Made by a program: the position numbers and the translations under genes
In this document: positions 49,176 through 60,033 of the stretch, one piece after another
Layout of the letters: each line of letters starts with the position of its first letter
Position numbering within the stretch: position 1 is the stretch's first letter
IMG/VR virus record: IMGVR_UViG_3300035208_000248
From: an uncultured virus (IMG/VR IMGVR_UViG_3300035208_000248)
Lineage: Duplodnaviria; Heunggongvirae; Uroviricota; Caudoviricetes
Direction: 5' to 3' (one strand)
Length of the DNA: 64,000 bases
Notes under the pieces: model-generated
The model's database searches: none
What the model was told of the DNA's origin: nothing
What the model saw: the letters and a program-made list of their open reading frames with translations, nothing else

Positions 49176-50177
49176 CTATATAGCACCTAACAAGATACGT
49201 CGATTGTCAGCACTTAAAAATCCCAGAGAAGCCCAGCCGTAAAGGCCCGCACGTTTTTGTCGATGTAATGTATCATCTTCAAATACTTGTACTTCTTCAC
49301 GAATAGGCATTACAAAAGAATCATTATGAGCAAGATCAAGACCAACAATAAGTTCTACTTTATTAGAAGGCATGGTCACACCCAACTGATTAGCAGCATA
49401 CAACTGATATTCTTGACCTTCACCAAGTTCGTCAATATCATGAAGATTTACACCAAAAATACGATTTAATGTACCATCTTCTGTCAAGAAAATTTCCCTA
49501 CGTGTTACTTCATCAAGTTGGTCAACATTCCAATTACGAATATCTTCCAACGCTTCTGGTGAAATATACATATCGGTCAACTTACCACGATTGGTTGATG
49601 TACTATTTCCACCGCCATTTCGACGAATAACAGTTTTCATCAGAGAAACAATACGTTTGGAAAATTGTCCAGCGTTTGCATCTGAGTCAACCACTACAAG
49701 ATTACGATCTACACCAGAGGCAAGAATTGTATGCCAACCATCATCGTTAATTTTCTTAACAAATTGTGCTTGAAATACTTCCATAGCACGACCAACAATA
49801 TCCCAACGAGCATCACGAGCATATTTCAAATTCCAGTCAATCGAAGCACCAATATCAAATGTTGGAACCATTACGAAATCACCTTCTACATTCCGTTGAG
49901 GAATATAACCGTGATTAGGAATAGTATAAGCAACAAAGTCTTTTTCTGTTCCAGGTGCCAAGAAATCCAATGGAAATTCAGGTGTAGCATTAGTTTCTAA
50001 TTTAATAGCAGTAAAAATACCATTAAGTATATCACCACTTAACACACCTTGACGCAGAGGTAGTTCCAAAGCTTTAGCAAATTCAGCAGTGGCTCGGAGA
50101 GCTTCCTCTTTATTATAAGAACCAGATGTTTTAAGCACCTTGTTCAGTCTATCATTAGGCGTAAAAATTTTCTTCAT
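49176..50177 (-). CDS. Major capsid protein (HK97-fold, inferred)
   Basis: About 333 aa, follows the scaffold and decoration genes; GGAGA RBS before MKKIF; followed by a terminator. Confidence 0.75.
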   Translation of the reverse strand: MKKIFTPNDRLNKVLKTSGSYNKEEALRATAEFAKALELPLRQGVLSGDILNGIFTAIKLETNATPEFPLDFLAPGTEKDFVAYTIPNHGYIPQRNVEGDFVMVPTFDIGASIDWNLKYARDARWDIVGRAMEVFQAQFVKKINDDGWHTILASGVDRNLVVVDSDANAGQFSKRIVSLMKTVIRRNGGGNSTSTNRGKLTDMYISPEALEDIRNWNVDQLDEVTRREIFLTEDGTLNRIFGVNLHDIDELGEGQEYQLYAANQLGVTMPSNKVELIVGLDLAHNDSFVMPIREEVQVFEDDTLHRQKRAGLYGWASLGFLSADNRRILLGAI

Positions 50178-50197
50178 TTTATATTTCTCCATCTTAA

Positions 50198-50713
50198 TTA
50201 TATTAAGTTAATTGCAACTTTAGCGTAACCATCTGCATCTTTGCTACTAAGCCAAGTACCAACACGAGGATAAGCAAATTGAGCACTAGTTGTACCACCA
50301 GTAATTGCAGCATAATCACTAGCTCCTAAATTATTAGCACCACATAAATTAGCACCATTAGCTACATAAGCACCTTGTCCAGCAGTAGGTGTACCAGAAA
50401 TCATATTTGTGGTCACTTGACCTTTACGCAAAATAGTTACCTTACTACCAACTTGAACTTCATCTTTATGTTGATTTAAGTGTGTTTTAGTTAAATCACC
50501 ACTTACGACATCACACATTAAAATACCCAAAGGTACTTCGCCGACACCATAACTAGTATCTGAAAGTTTAGCAAGTGCGGCAGAATCGTCCATTGCAGCA
50601 CCACTACCACCAGCAGATAATACCACCACAGAGCCTTTCTCTGCTGTTTCATTCATAAAGAACGAAATATCAGTATCACCATTCATCTCTATTCTGTCAG
50701 GTTTGAGAGCCAT
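50198..50713 (-). CDS. Head decoration/cement protein
   Basis: Gly/Ala-rich 171 aa immediately upstream of the capsid gene. Confidence 0.6.
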   Translation of the reverse strand: MALKPDRIEMNGDTDISFFMNETAEKGSVVVLSAGGSGAAMDDSAALAKLSDTSYGVGEVPLGILMCDVVSGDLTKTHLNQHKDEVQVGSKVTILRKGQVTTNMISGTPTAGQGAYVANGANLCGANNLGASDYAAITGGTTSAQFAYPRVGTWLSSKDADGYAKVAINLI

Positions 50714-50731
50714 ATTATATCTCCTAATTAA

Positions 50732-52297
50732 TTATTCATTAGTATTTTCTTCGTTTTTAATACCCAAACGAGAAGCAATCACTTTTTGCAACTCTTTACG
50801 CATTTCGGCGGTTTCATCAAGATTTTCATCAGCATTAACCGTCAAATCAGGTTTACTATCTAAAGTAGCGTCGTCTAAAATACTAGCATCAGTATTAACA
50901 TCAGCGTCATCTTCTGTATTATCATCAGATGCTTGAGTTTTTTTCTCTTTTTTATCTTCTTCTTTAGATTCTTCTTCTTTAGTCATTTTCTTTTTGGCAG
51001 CCTCAATTAAATCAGTAGACAAATCTGTCCATTGATCATTATTTAAATTTACATAAAGACTAGCTTTTTGTTCTGCTATATCTTTAGCAATACCACCATC
51101 TACCAACGTACTTATACGATTAGTTAAAATTTGAGAAGCGGTAATATCACCCAATTGCTTAGTTAGATCAGTATTAGCTTCGGTTAAAGTTTGAAGATGT
51201 TTATCTTTTTCCTCTACTTGAGCTTGTACACTAACCAAATCTTGCTTAGTAGCTTCAACTCGTTCATTAGCACTTACAAGGTCTTTTTCCAATTCGGCGA
51301 TACGGGCCTCAAATTTAACAACATCAGCTTGAGCAAACTTTTCCTCTAATGCAATTTTAGCATCTAAGGTTGTTTTTAAAGTAGCTTTTACTTCTTCAAG
51401 TTGATCTTTTAGAATGTCTAGTTCATTTGACATATTAGAATTCTCCATTATACTAGAATTATCACTATTATAACATACACCATTATTATAAATATGTGGA
51501 TTTTTTTGACTTGCGGCAGTCGCACCAATAAAATCAAACATATTATCAGAGTTAAAAATTATACTATTAGGATTAGCTGGTTTATCTACATAACCCTTTC
51601 CACAGAACGTTATATTCTTCAATAATCGCCCAATTTTATAACCATCATATTCACCAGTTCCACCATACGCTCTTAAATGTTTAGTCATCCAAGCTGTGTT
51701 TTCATTACGATCAATAATATTAGATTCATTATTAGCTTTAATAATAGCATAATTAAAATTATTAAAAGTACACTCCATTGACACAAATTTTTTACCAGCT
51801 TCAATTTGTGCAATTAATTCCTCTGCCTGGGCCATCATATCTGTATCACCAAATCTACGATAAATAACAGCACCATTAACTAAATGATAAATATTAGGAA
51901 GATCATCTATCAAAATATTATCTGGAATCATCGCTCCTTCAAGAGTCATAGCCCAACAATCTGTAATGTGCCCAACCAACTGTTTAGCGTTATGTTCAAT
52001 ATTTGTAGGCTTATGAGTAGGAGTGTGTCGAGCGGCCCATGTTTCTATACGATCAAACACATCATCATTTTTATTCCAGTTTGTGGTTACTAAAACAGAT
52101 TTAGTATAATACAAATCAGAATCATTTAAGCCACTTTTACTATACTTGTTAAAATCTACATTATTACACAACTTTGCTTTTAAAACATCGTCCAAAGGCA
52201 CTAATTGACTAGTATAGGCAATAACATTACTTTGCACAATTTTGTCGGCCAAACCCTCTATAGATGCTTCGGCTTTATAAATACAGATTTCAGACAT
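50732..52297 (-). CDS. Prohead protease/scaffold fusion
   Basis: NKNDD, EH, VSMEC and GKGYVDKPANP motifs, then a coiled-coil acidic scaffold. Confidence 0.75.
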   Translation of the reverse strand: MSEICIYKAEASIEGLADKIVQSNVIAYTSQLVPLDDVLKAKLCNNVDFNKYSKSGLNDSDLYYTKSVLVTTNWNKNDDVFDRIETWAARHTPTHKPTNIEHNAKQLVGHITDCWAMTLEGAMIPDNILIDDLPNIYHLVNGAVIYRRFGDTDMMAQAEELIAQIEAGKKFVSMECTFNNFNYAIIKANNESNIIDRNENTAWMTKHLRAYGGTGEYDGYKIGRLLKNITFCGKGYVDKPANPNSIIFNSDNMFDFIGATAASQKNPHIYNNGVCYNSDNSSIMENSNMSNELDILKDQLEEVKATLKTTLDAKIALEEKFAQADVVKFEARIAELEKDLVSANERVEATKQDLVSVQAQVEEKDKHLQTLTEANTDLTKQLGDITASQILTNRISTLVDGGIAKDIAEQKASLYVNLNNDQWTDLSTDLIEAAKKKMTKEEESKEEDKKEKKTQASDDNTEDDADVNTDASILDDATLDSKPDLTVNADENLDETAEMRKELQKVIASRLGIKNEENTNE

Positions 52298-52354
52298 AAT
52301 ATATTCCCTAAATTATGTGTTTACTCGTAAAACACTCTAAATATTATACACTTA

Positions 52355-52648
52355 TTATGATTTTTTCGAGATTTTTAACATTTCAGCTAAATCATTAGTT
52401 AAAGTGTCTGTTTCACTTATCTCACTACCACGACATGTAGTAGTAAGTGTTCTTGTAATATTATTTTCTTCATCTCTAGTACCAGAAACAATATCTACCA
52501 TAATTTCCGATGTGTTATCTTTACTATCATATGGTATATATGAATGAATATATATATCTTGTACGTCTGGAATATTCTTATCGTTTACAGATGTTTTAAT
52601 AGTTTGTTTTTCTGTATCGACATTAATTACTATCATCGACATTATCAT
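52355..52648 (-). CDS. Hypothetical protein
   Basis: ORF track. Confidence 0.5.
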   Translation of the reverse strand: MIMSMIVINVDTEKQTIKTSVNDKNIPDVQDIYIHSYIPYDSKDNTSEIMVDIVSGTRDEENNITRTLTTTCRGSEISETDTLTNDLAEMLKISKKS

Positions 52649-54815
52649 GGTCTCCTATATGAATATTAGAATATAATACTATTTGTATTTGTTTAAGTTC
52701 GTCCATTGTTAAAGACCTATCTAAATCATTAGCTATATTATATACCCATGTACTATATGTATTATATAAATGCATATTTAATGGTTTATCTAGTGTACTA
52801 TATATATTATTATAATCTAATGTACTAAATGGTTCTAAATTAAACAACACATTAAATTTAATCTTATCAACCTTCTTTACTTCCAATGCACTTAGACTAC
52901 GCATATTTTTCTTTTTAGTAATATCTAAAAAATAATCATTAAGTGCTTCTGTAATATAATCTTGAGCATCTTTTAACCACACAGCTAAATTAGCCTTTAA
53001 TTTTGGTGAAAAACGTTTAGTTTTACGTTTTGTCGTATCTTTAGAGTTTTTAGGCCGACCCTGTTGTGGAATTCCAGATTTATTATCTGTAATAGATGGC
53101 TTAGCTGGTTGTCTTAATTCTAGAGCATTTTTTTCAGATTTTAATCTAGGATATAATGTTAAATCATAAATTTTAGCGTCTGGATTTAACCCAACTTGCC
53201 CAGGAGTCAATATCCCACTTTGTAAGGCCACTTTTTTCAATGATAAACCAAACTGAGAATCATAAAATGGACCAGCCTTTTGAATTTTACGACCATTATC
53301 ACGATCTCGTTGTTCTCTATTAAGTCTAATATTTTCCAGTTCGGGATCGTGTCCAAATCTTAGTTGTAATAATTCATCACTAATTAAACCACGATCTACT
53401 AATTGAACTAACAACGTTTTCATAGCTTGTTCGTCATCTAAAATATCAACATCAAACTCAATTTTGGGCGGAAAACGAAAACCCATAGCCTTTTGTACTT
53501 CTACTAATTCTACGGCCCAAAAAGATATTAGAACATTACGCACATATTGTAGACGTTGAATTAAGGTTTTTAAAGAAATATAATTATTAGTTGTACCAGT
53601 ACCACCAGCCCCAACCAATGTAGGCGGAATACCTAAACCACCATATATAGAAGATAAATGTGGACGATATTTTTCTTCACCTAAAAATTGATGTACAGCA
53701 GTTTTAGACTCTAAAAACTCTAAATCAGGCCCCCAAATTAAATCAATAGTACCGGCTCCAACATTATTTTGTAAAATTCTAGCTAGTTTAGACGCGGCAC
53801 CAGGAGCGGGCATAATTTTATGTTCTAAACTACCTAGCTTAAAAATACGAATATTAGAAATAGCACCATCTAAGGCTGCCATATCAGCTAATCGTAATTT
53901 TTCAAAAGCCGCCACATCGTCTAAAATGGCGTATGTCATCGGCAACGCCCACGTTTGCCAGTCATCTTTTTTATAATGAAAAACTCTAGTTTTATCTTCT
54001 GGTAAAACATATGGAGTTGATGTTTTAGCAGCTTTTATAATATCTTCTGGTAAACTTTTAATAATTTCTTTTTCTAAAACTGTTTTTGGATACAGAATAG
54101 TTCTACGTAGTTGCATAGGAATATTAATAGTATATATATATTTACCGGCAAATGTAGATAATGTATTACCAACAATATCAACTGTAGAAGGATTTAAAAA
54201 TACATATTTAAAAGGAATTTCTTTAGAAACCACCTTTTTAATATCAACCGTCATATCTGGTTGTGCAATTGAACGATATAAAGAATCTTGTATTTTAGTA
54301 GTAATTTTCGCAGTGTGTTTACGTACTACAACATTTGCCAATCTACATAAATTATTACAAAATCTTTCTGATCTATCCATACCTTTAACTTTAACAAACC
54401 AGTTCTGGAAAAATTTTTCAATTCTTTTGTTTGGATGTACAATACGAATTCCTTGACAGGCAAAATCACCCATTAAATCAATAACATTACGAATAATACC
54501 AACTTTCTGATATGCTTCATCACAACGTAATAAAATAGCTTTAGTATTGTTAATATTTGGTGGAGCTTCACCGGTTCTAAACTTATAATAATCAGATTTC
54601 ATTAAACCTGGACGACTAGATGTACGAGTGTCCAAATCGGAAAAATTCTGATAATTTAAAGATGCTTGACCTTTGTGTGTAATAACCTGAAATTCCTCTA
54701 CAGCCTTATTAAACTGTTGTAATGCACTAGCTTGTGCGGCAGCATTACCACCAATACTCACATATGCAATCTCATCATGTAATTTAGTTTCACTACGAGG
54801 ATATGTTTGAGTCAT
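52623..54815 (-). CDS. Portal protein
   Basis: Follows the terminase; IIRNVIDLMGDF, GLGIPPTL, GRPK tail. Confidence 0.75.
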   Translation of the reverse strand: MTQTYPRSETKLHDEIAYVSIGGNAAAQASALQQFNKAVEEFQVITHKGQASLNYQNFSDLDTRTSSRPGLMKSDYYKFRTGEAPPNINNTKAILLRCDEAYQKVGIIRNVIDLMGDFACQGIRIVHPNKRIEKFFQNWFVKVKGMDRSERFCNNLCRLANVVVRKHTAKITTKIQDSLYRSIAQPDMTVDIKKVVSKEIPFKYVFLNPSTVDIVGNTLSTFAGKYIYTINIPMQLRRTILYPKTVLEKEIIKSLPEDIIKAAKTSTPYVLPEDKTRVFHYKKDDWQTWALPMTYAILDDVAAFEKLRLADMAALDGAISNIRIFKLGSLEHKIMPAPGAASKLARILQNNVGAGTIDLIWGPDLEFLESKTAVHQFLGEEKYRPHLSSIYGGLGIPPTLVGAGGTGTTNNYISLKTLIQRLQYVRNVLISFWAVELVEVQKAMGFRFPPKIEFDVDILDDEQAMKTLLVQLVDRGLISDELLQLRFGHDPELENIRLNREQRDRDNGRKIQKAGPFYDSQFGLSLKKVALQSGILTPGQVGLNPDAKIYDLTLYPRLKSEKNALELRQPAKPSITDNKSGIPQQGRPKNSKDTTKRKTKRFSPKLKANLAVWLKDAQDYITEALNDYFLDITKKKNMRSLSALEVKKVDKIKFNVLFNLEPFSTLDYNNIYSTLDKPLNMHLYNTYSTWVYNIANDLDRSLTMDELKQIQIVLYSNIHIGDHDNVDDSN

Positions 54816-54907
54816 ACTTACACTTTATTGGTTGTTTACATTTAAAAAATAGTTAAACACAAAGTAATACTATTGTAATGTATATCAATATATGATACAC
54901 CAAAATA

Positions 54908-57900
54908 CTAATTTACCTTCAAAAGTCCCTCCATTCCTTGAACAAACCAATCTGGACCCTGATAAGGATGACCAACATCTTTCATTGTGGTAGTAACAGC
55001 ATAATTATGGGCAAAATCACCAATCATATTATATTCTGGTGGAGGATCAGCACGTTTATACTGTCTAGAAATCATATTAGCCATCACCAAGGCACTATAA
55101 CGATCTTTGAGTAATTTACCCTTTTTACCATTTGGTAACTTAACTTCTGGTGTGTCCCACCTATCTCTCGCCCCAACACCTGTTCCTGTCTGTGTCATTA
55201 CAATAGTAGATAATTCATTTTTTAATTCTTCAATTTCCATAACACAATCTTCTAAAGTGTCATATAAATTATATGTAAGATTTGGATGTTCTTTTTCAAT
55301 AGCGGTTTTACGCAAACCATCTTGGTTGTTTGCTAATTCTAAGGTAACAGAATCAAAACGTGGAAAAATGACTATTTGAGTTTCTAAATCTTTACGCAAT
55401 CCATGATTAGCCTCTGCTGTCCAATCTGCCCTAACAAATTGACAAATATGTAAAATATGTAAACCAGACTTAATATCAGTATCTTTTTCTTTATCTTCAA
55501 TCACAGGCCAAATAGGCAATTCGCCATCTTCCATTTTATCAGAATCATGTAATCCTTCTTCGATAGCAATTCCACCACCCTGTCCGTCAATAGCTATGGC
55601 TACAACATTAAAAGCTTTCATTAAACTACGAATTTTTCGCACACAAAAACCATAAAAATCATCCTTATCAGCTAAGCCGCTTTTTAGTCTACGTTTAAAA
55701 TCTTCACGATTAGTAGACCAACAATAGACAATTCTTACATGATCATCATGAATTTCTAAAACAACAATACTAAAATTATCTGACTCTGAAGCTGTGTCAA
55801 CACCTATAACATACGAATATCCTGGACGCCCATGTAAACATACGTCAAACCATATATCACCAGACGGTAAAGATATTGGATTTTCAGGTGTGCCCACACA
55901 CTTTTCTATTAGACTACGTTTAAAAAATCCTTCAGAATCTTCAGCGAACACCGCCGAATATTCCAAAAGGAAGATACCAGAATGCATAGTGGCCTTAGCT
56001 CTAATAATTTGTTTATCATCCATAAAACCTTCTGGTATAAGTTCATATGGAATTCTAATAATAGAATAATCTCTATAATCAAAACTATCTGGTATAGTAT
56101 CCATACCAAGAACTTCTTTTAATATATTAGGATCGCCACCACTATTAATAATATTATGATATCTTTTCCAATATTTAGCAAAATTTTTAAAAGCATAATC
56201 CGCCGTACCAGAAATAATTGCTTGATTACGTCGTTTTGTACTATATTTTAATTCTTGATCTGTCGTCCATACGCCAAGTTTAGCTAATTCCATACGTCTT
56301 GATGCTTCTTTAACATTTTGTATAGGATCAGCAGACACAGCGGCAAAACCAGCTACAACTGTCTCGTAAATATCTGGACTGATGGAGCCAAATTCGTCTG
56401 CGCATATGATATGGGCACGTAAACCTCTTATTTTTGTATTATGACTAAAAAAACCATTGGCACAATATTGATGTGTAATAGGCACATGTAGATCATATGT
56501 TTTTTGAGGTTTTTCATCACTAATACTAGTAACAACATCATAATAAATATTTGTATTATATAAATTTTTAATAATATCAATATTAGGATGATTAATATTA
56601 TTATATTTTTTTAAAAATCTTTGTGTAAAATCAAAGTTAATTTCTTTTCTTGCGACAATTTTACTATAACCCATACCATAATCGGTTGGTTGTTTATATT
56701 TTTTAGCAATTTCCAACATTAAAGGTTTAATATATGGAATTATATTATCAACTTCTGTTGTACGAATTTTACTGTTAATAGCATTTAATAAAATGTTTTG
56801 TTTACGTTTTAGTCTAAAACCAATCTTTTTACCAAACAAAACAGTATTTTGACCAGAAATTAATAATTCATAAACACGATAATGTTTTGGATTTCTATGT
56901 CTAGATGTAATAGTAGACACAATACCATAATGTAATAAAATATATTGGATTTGTTTGACTAATGTTTGACTAATACCACAAAAACTAACACTAATAGCAG
57001 TACCACCCTTGGCCGTAGAAACTTGTAGTGTACCGTCCGAATCAAAAAGTCCACATAAACAAGCTGTCATTTGTTTACGACCAGCAGATAATATGGTAGA
57101 TGGTAAAACTTTGTTAAGAGTATAACACGTTTGCATTTGCCAAAAATCTAACCATTTGTGTCTATTCTTAATACTGTGTTCATAATAATGTAAATCATCA
57201 TTACAATATTTAAATTTAAAATCAGTACCTTTACGTACACTATGAATTAATTCATGATCTTTTGTAATAAATTCAAGTTTATATTTATTAGTCCAACACC
57301 CATCACCAATCATTAAACCAAGAGCATATGCTTGATCTTCAGTACATTTGAACTTACCGTGGTGCCATCTTATACTTTTATCAATTAATACATAATCTCC
57401 TATACTAATATCTTCTAATTTTTTCCAAATCACTTTATAATTTTTATCTAATACTTGAATTTTATGATTATATGTACCATTAAATTCTAAACCTTTTTTA
57501 GTTACAATTTTTTTAATAGGTTTAATATTATTATAATAATATTCATCAGACCTTACGAAACAATTACCGTCCCATATTTGTTGTTGACACATTAAACTGT
57601 TATCACCACATTGATTAATATAACCAAACCTATTATTATAAGTTATAAAAGTTTCACCAACCACACAACCATCGCCCATCGGGATCGCAACAGCCCAACT
57701 ATCATTAATTTTCATAGTACAACGATCTACATCTCTACGTGGCCCACTATTATTATCACAAATATCTCTTAATATTGGTGCGTTGTGCCAAATACTTTCC
57801 ATATATTCAAAAATTACTTTTGCTTGTCTAAAACCGGCACCAACAATTACAATTTTAGTACCAGGATAAAGTACACATTGTAATGTAGCATATAATGCTA

Positions 57901-59281
57901 ACATAAATGAATTATGAGTCACAATATAATCTTTAGTTATATATGTACCATCAGGATTATCAACTGTTATACATTGCATTTCCACATATTTATCTAAATA
58001 TTCTGCCTTAACTATAGATACAAAGTTTTCGGCATTAGTTGGTTTAGTTTTAATACGAGATAATTTTCTAGGTAATTTAGCAATTGGTTTAGAAGTATTA
58101 ATATATACTCTAAAATAAGGTTTTCTAACACATAATGTACCTTGTGGTAAAGTCATAATTTGACCAACCCTATTATCAATCTTTTTCATACATGTAATAC
58201 CTAAACTTCTAAGTATATCTATTAAATCATCAACTAATTTTTCACATACACTAGTAAATTCAATAGCACCATCAGTATTAATAGAACCGTCAGTATCTAT
58301 TAATCCTCTAACTAATTCCATTCTATCTTCAATAGAAGAGTTTTTATATATTGTAGGTATAAATTTATGATAACAATCAACATTAATTTGTAATGCTTTT
58401 AATTTCGTAGTTAATCTATTATTGGTCTTTGAACTATATAAATTACCTAATTTACTTAATTTGACAGTTGCATCTTTATTACCATCTACAATAGTGTAGT
58501 TATTATTCGACGTATCTTTTGTAATAATAAAATCTGGTAATTTTTCTCTAAATTGATTAATAATAAATTCATCATTAGAAGAAATTTTAGGTGTTAAGGT
58601 TGTTAAACATCCATCTCCCAATAAACATCCCATTAAATATGGATCAATAAGTAGGTCTTGTTTTGGTAATTGTATAGGTTGACAATTTGGAACCCTATAT
58701 TTATATACTCTATTTTTAACATATTTATATTTTGATATAATTTTTTTAGTATCAACAACAAGTTCTTTACCGTCGTTTCTTTTTACGACCCACAAATGAT
58801 CCTCACAACAATCAAGTGTTCTACCATCTAATAGAGTTATTCTACATACACGTTTTTTGCCTTGTGGATGTACTCCTATAATCTTATGTAGTTGACCATC
58901 TCTACCATATACACGATTACCAATACATATATTTTTCATTTTAACCCAACCATTATCTGTCAAAATTGGTTCATTAATATCTGTCGCTTTCCCGAAACCC
59001 CTAGAAGCCACATACATAGGAAATGTTCTATTCCACAATTCTTGTAAAATTACACATTGTATAGGTAACAGTTGAATATTTAATAAGGTCTTAGCAGTAT
59101 AAGCAATATAATCAGCATTATGCTTCATCAACGAAATAATATGTTTTTCAAGATTTTCGATCTCCGCCTGTGTTCTATGAATAAGCGGATTTTTATATAC
59201 TAGTTTAGAAGTATCACCAAGACCAAGCCACGCATTATTAACAAATTCTAAAGAAGAATCTTTATTTATTATATTGCTCAT
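54908..59281 (-). CDS. terL: Terminase large subunit with two inteins
   Basis: Walker A ASRGFGK|S, IRGLRAHIICADEF Walker B, nuclease GVDTA...DRYSA. Confidence 0.92.
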   Translation of the reverse strand: MSNIINKDSSLEFVNNAWLGLGDTSKLVYKNPLIHRTQAEIENLEKHIISLMKHNADYIAYTAKTLLNIQLLPIQCVILQELWNRTFPMYVASRGFGKATDINEPILTDNGWVKMKNICIGNRVYGRDGQLHKIIGVHPQGKKRVCRITLLDGRTLDCCEDHLWVVKRNDGKELVVDTKKIISKYKYVKNRVYKYRVPNCQPIQLPKQDLLIDPYLMGCLLGDGCLTTLTPKISSNDEFIINQFREKLPDFIITKDTSNNNYTIVDGNKDATVKLSKLGNLYSSKTNNRLTTKLKALQINVDCYHKFIPTIYKNSSIEDRMELVRGLIDTDGSINTDGAIEFTSVCEKLVDDLIDILRSLGITCMKKIDNRVGQIMTLPQGTLCVRKPYFRVYINTSKPIAKLPRKLSRIKTKPTNAENFVSIVKAEYLDKYVEMQCITVDNPDGTYITKDYIVTHNSFMLALYATLQCVLYPGTKIVIVGAGFRQAKVIFEYMESIWHNAPILRDICDNNSGPRRDVDRCTMKINDSWAVAIPMGDGCVVGETFITYNNRFGYINQCGDNSLMCQQQIWDGNCFVRSDEYYYNNIKPIKKIVTKKGLEFNGTYNHKIQVLDKNYKVIWKKLEDISIGDYVLIDKSIRWHHGKFKCTEDQAYALGLMIGDGCWTNKYKLEFITKDHELIHSVRKGTDFKFKYCNDDLHYYEHSIKNRHKWLDFWQMQTCYTLNKVLPSTILSAGRKQMTACLCGLFDSDGTLQVSTAKGGTAISVSFCGISQTLVKQIQYILLHYGIVSTITSRHRNPKHYRVYELLISGQNTVLFGKKIGFRLKRKQNILLNAINSKIRTTEVDNIIPYIKPLMLEIAKKYKQPTDYGMGYSKIVARKEINFDFTQRFLKKYNNINHPNIDIIKNLYNTNIYYDVVTSISDEKPQKTYDLHVPITHQYCANGFFSHNTKIRGLRAHIICADEFGSISPDIYETVVAGFAAVSADPIQNVKEASRRMELAKLGVWTTDQELKYSTKRRNQAIISGTADYAFKNFAKYWKRYHNIINSGGDPNILKEVLGMDTIPDSFDYRDYSIIRIPYELIPEGFMDDKQIIRAKATMHSGIFLLEYSAVFAEDSEGFFKRSLIEKCVGTPENPISLPSGDIWFDVCLHGRPGYSYVIGVDTASESDNFSIVVLEIHDDHVRIVYCWSTNREDFKRRLKSGLADKDDFYGFCVRKIRSLMKAFNVVAIAIDGQGGGIAIEEGLHDSDKMEDGELPIWPVIEDKEKDTDIKSGLHILHICQFVRADWTAEANHGLRKDLETQIVIFPRFDSVTLELANNQDGLRKTAIEKEHPNLTYNLYDTLEDCVMEIEELKNELSTIVMTQTGTGVGARDRWDTPEVKLPNGKKGKLLKDRYSALVMANMISRQYKRADPPPEYNMIGDFAHNYAVTTTMKDVGHPYQGPDWFVQGMEGLLKVN
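56438..57667 (-). mobile_element. Intein 2 in TerL (410 aa, LAGLIDADG)
   Basis: MGDG|CVVG...LGLMIGDG...GLFDSDG...TYDLHV...FSHN|TKIRG. Confidence 0.9.
57911..58987 (-). mobile_element. Intein 1 in TerL (359 aa, Ala1, class 3 WCT signature, LAGLIDADG)
   Basis: GFGK|ATDI...EDHLW...GCLLGDG...GLIDTDG...MQCITV...VTHN|SF. Confidence 0.88.
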
Positions 59282-59729
59282 ATATTCTTTTCATTAAATT
59301 AACAGCCACTATTTCAGCATATGTTCTATTATCACATGGAATTACATGAATATCATATTTAATAGCTATTTCAGACAACTTTTTTAAAATATAAGAACCA
59401 GTAATTTTAATTTTGCTCTGTAAATATTTAGGCACAGAACTACCTATAGGATAAGTATCAATATTATAATATCCAAATTCTAATATTAAAAATTTATGTC
59501 TAAATTCATACATTCTCTCTAATTCACGTTCAAATCGAGCTTCTGTAATATTTTTAGCCAGTTCGGCCACACTCTTTTTTCTTTCTATACATAATGTTTC
59601 TTCAAAACCAGCAATTGTATAATCACCAGTATCTAAATTATGATGAATAATATTATCAATAATATCTCCATTAATATTTTCAAATGTCCACGGTTGTTGT
59701 TCTTTAGTATCTACAATAATATCAAACAT
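59262..59729 (-). CDS. ERCC4-domain nuclease
   Basis: VDTKEQ, GDY and IERKKS motifs. Confidence 0.82.
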   Translation of the reverse strand: MFDIIVDTKEQQPWTFENINGDIIDNIIHHNLDTGDYTIAGFEETLCIERKKSVAELAKNITEARFERELERMYEFRHKFLILEFGYYNIDTYPIGSSVPKYLQSKIKITGSYILKKLSEIAIKYDIHVIPCDNRTYAEIVAVNLMKRIYEQYNK

Positions 59730-60033
59730 GATGATTTAATTTGCCCTGTAATATTTTTAAAAATAATAAAATATAATCATCTTCATGACCAGCTATCATT
59801 TTATGGTGTTTATAACAAAGTGTGACTCCGTTATTAATATCATATCTTAAAGATGGATAATTAGCCCACTTATGAATATGATGAGCATTTAATCTACCTT
59901 TATATTTACATCCGGGCCACTGACATGTATGATTATCTCTTAAATATACCTTTTTTCTCCAATCCTTATATTTTTGATCATTATAATTTCTTTTACTGAT
60001 TTTTTTCGGATAAATTAGCTTCTTGTAAATCAT
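59722..60033 (-). CDS. HNH endonuclease
   Basis: RDNHTCQ...AHHI...NGVTLC..HH. Confidence 0.85.
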   Translation of the reverse strand: MIYKKLIYPKKISKRNYNDQKYKDWRKKVYLRDNHTCQWPGCKYKGRLNAHHIHKWANYPSLRYDINNGVTLCYKHHKMIAGHEDDYILLFLKILQGKLNHHV

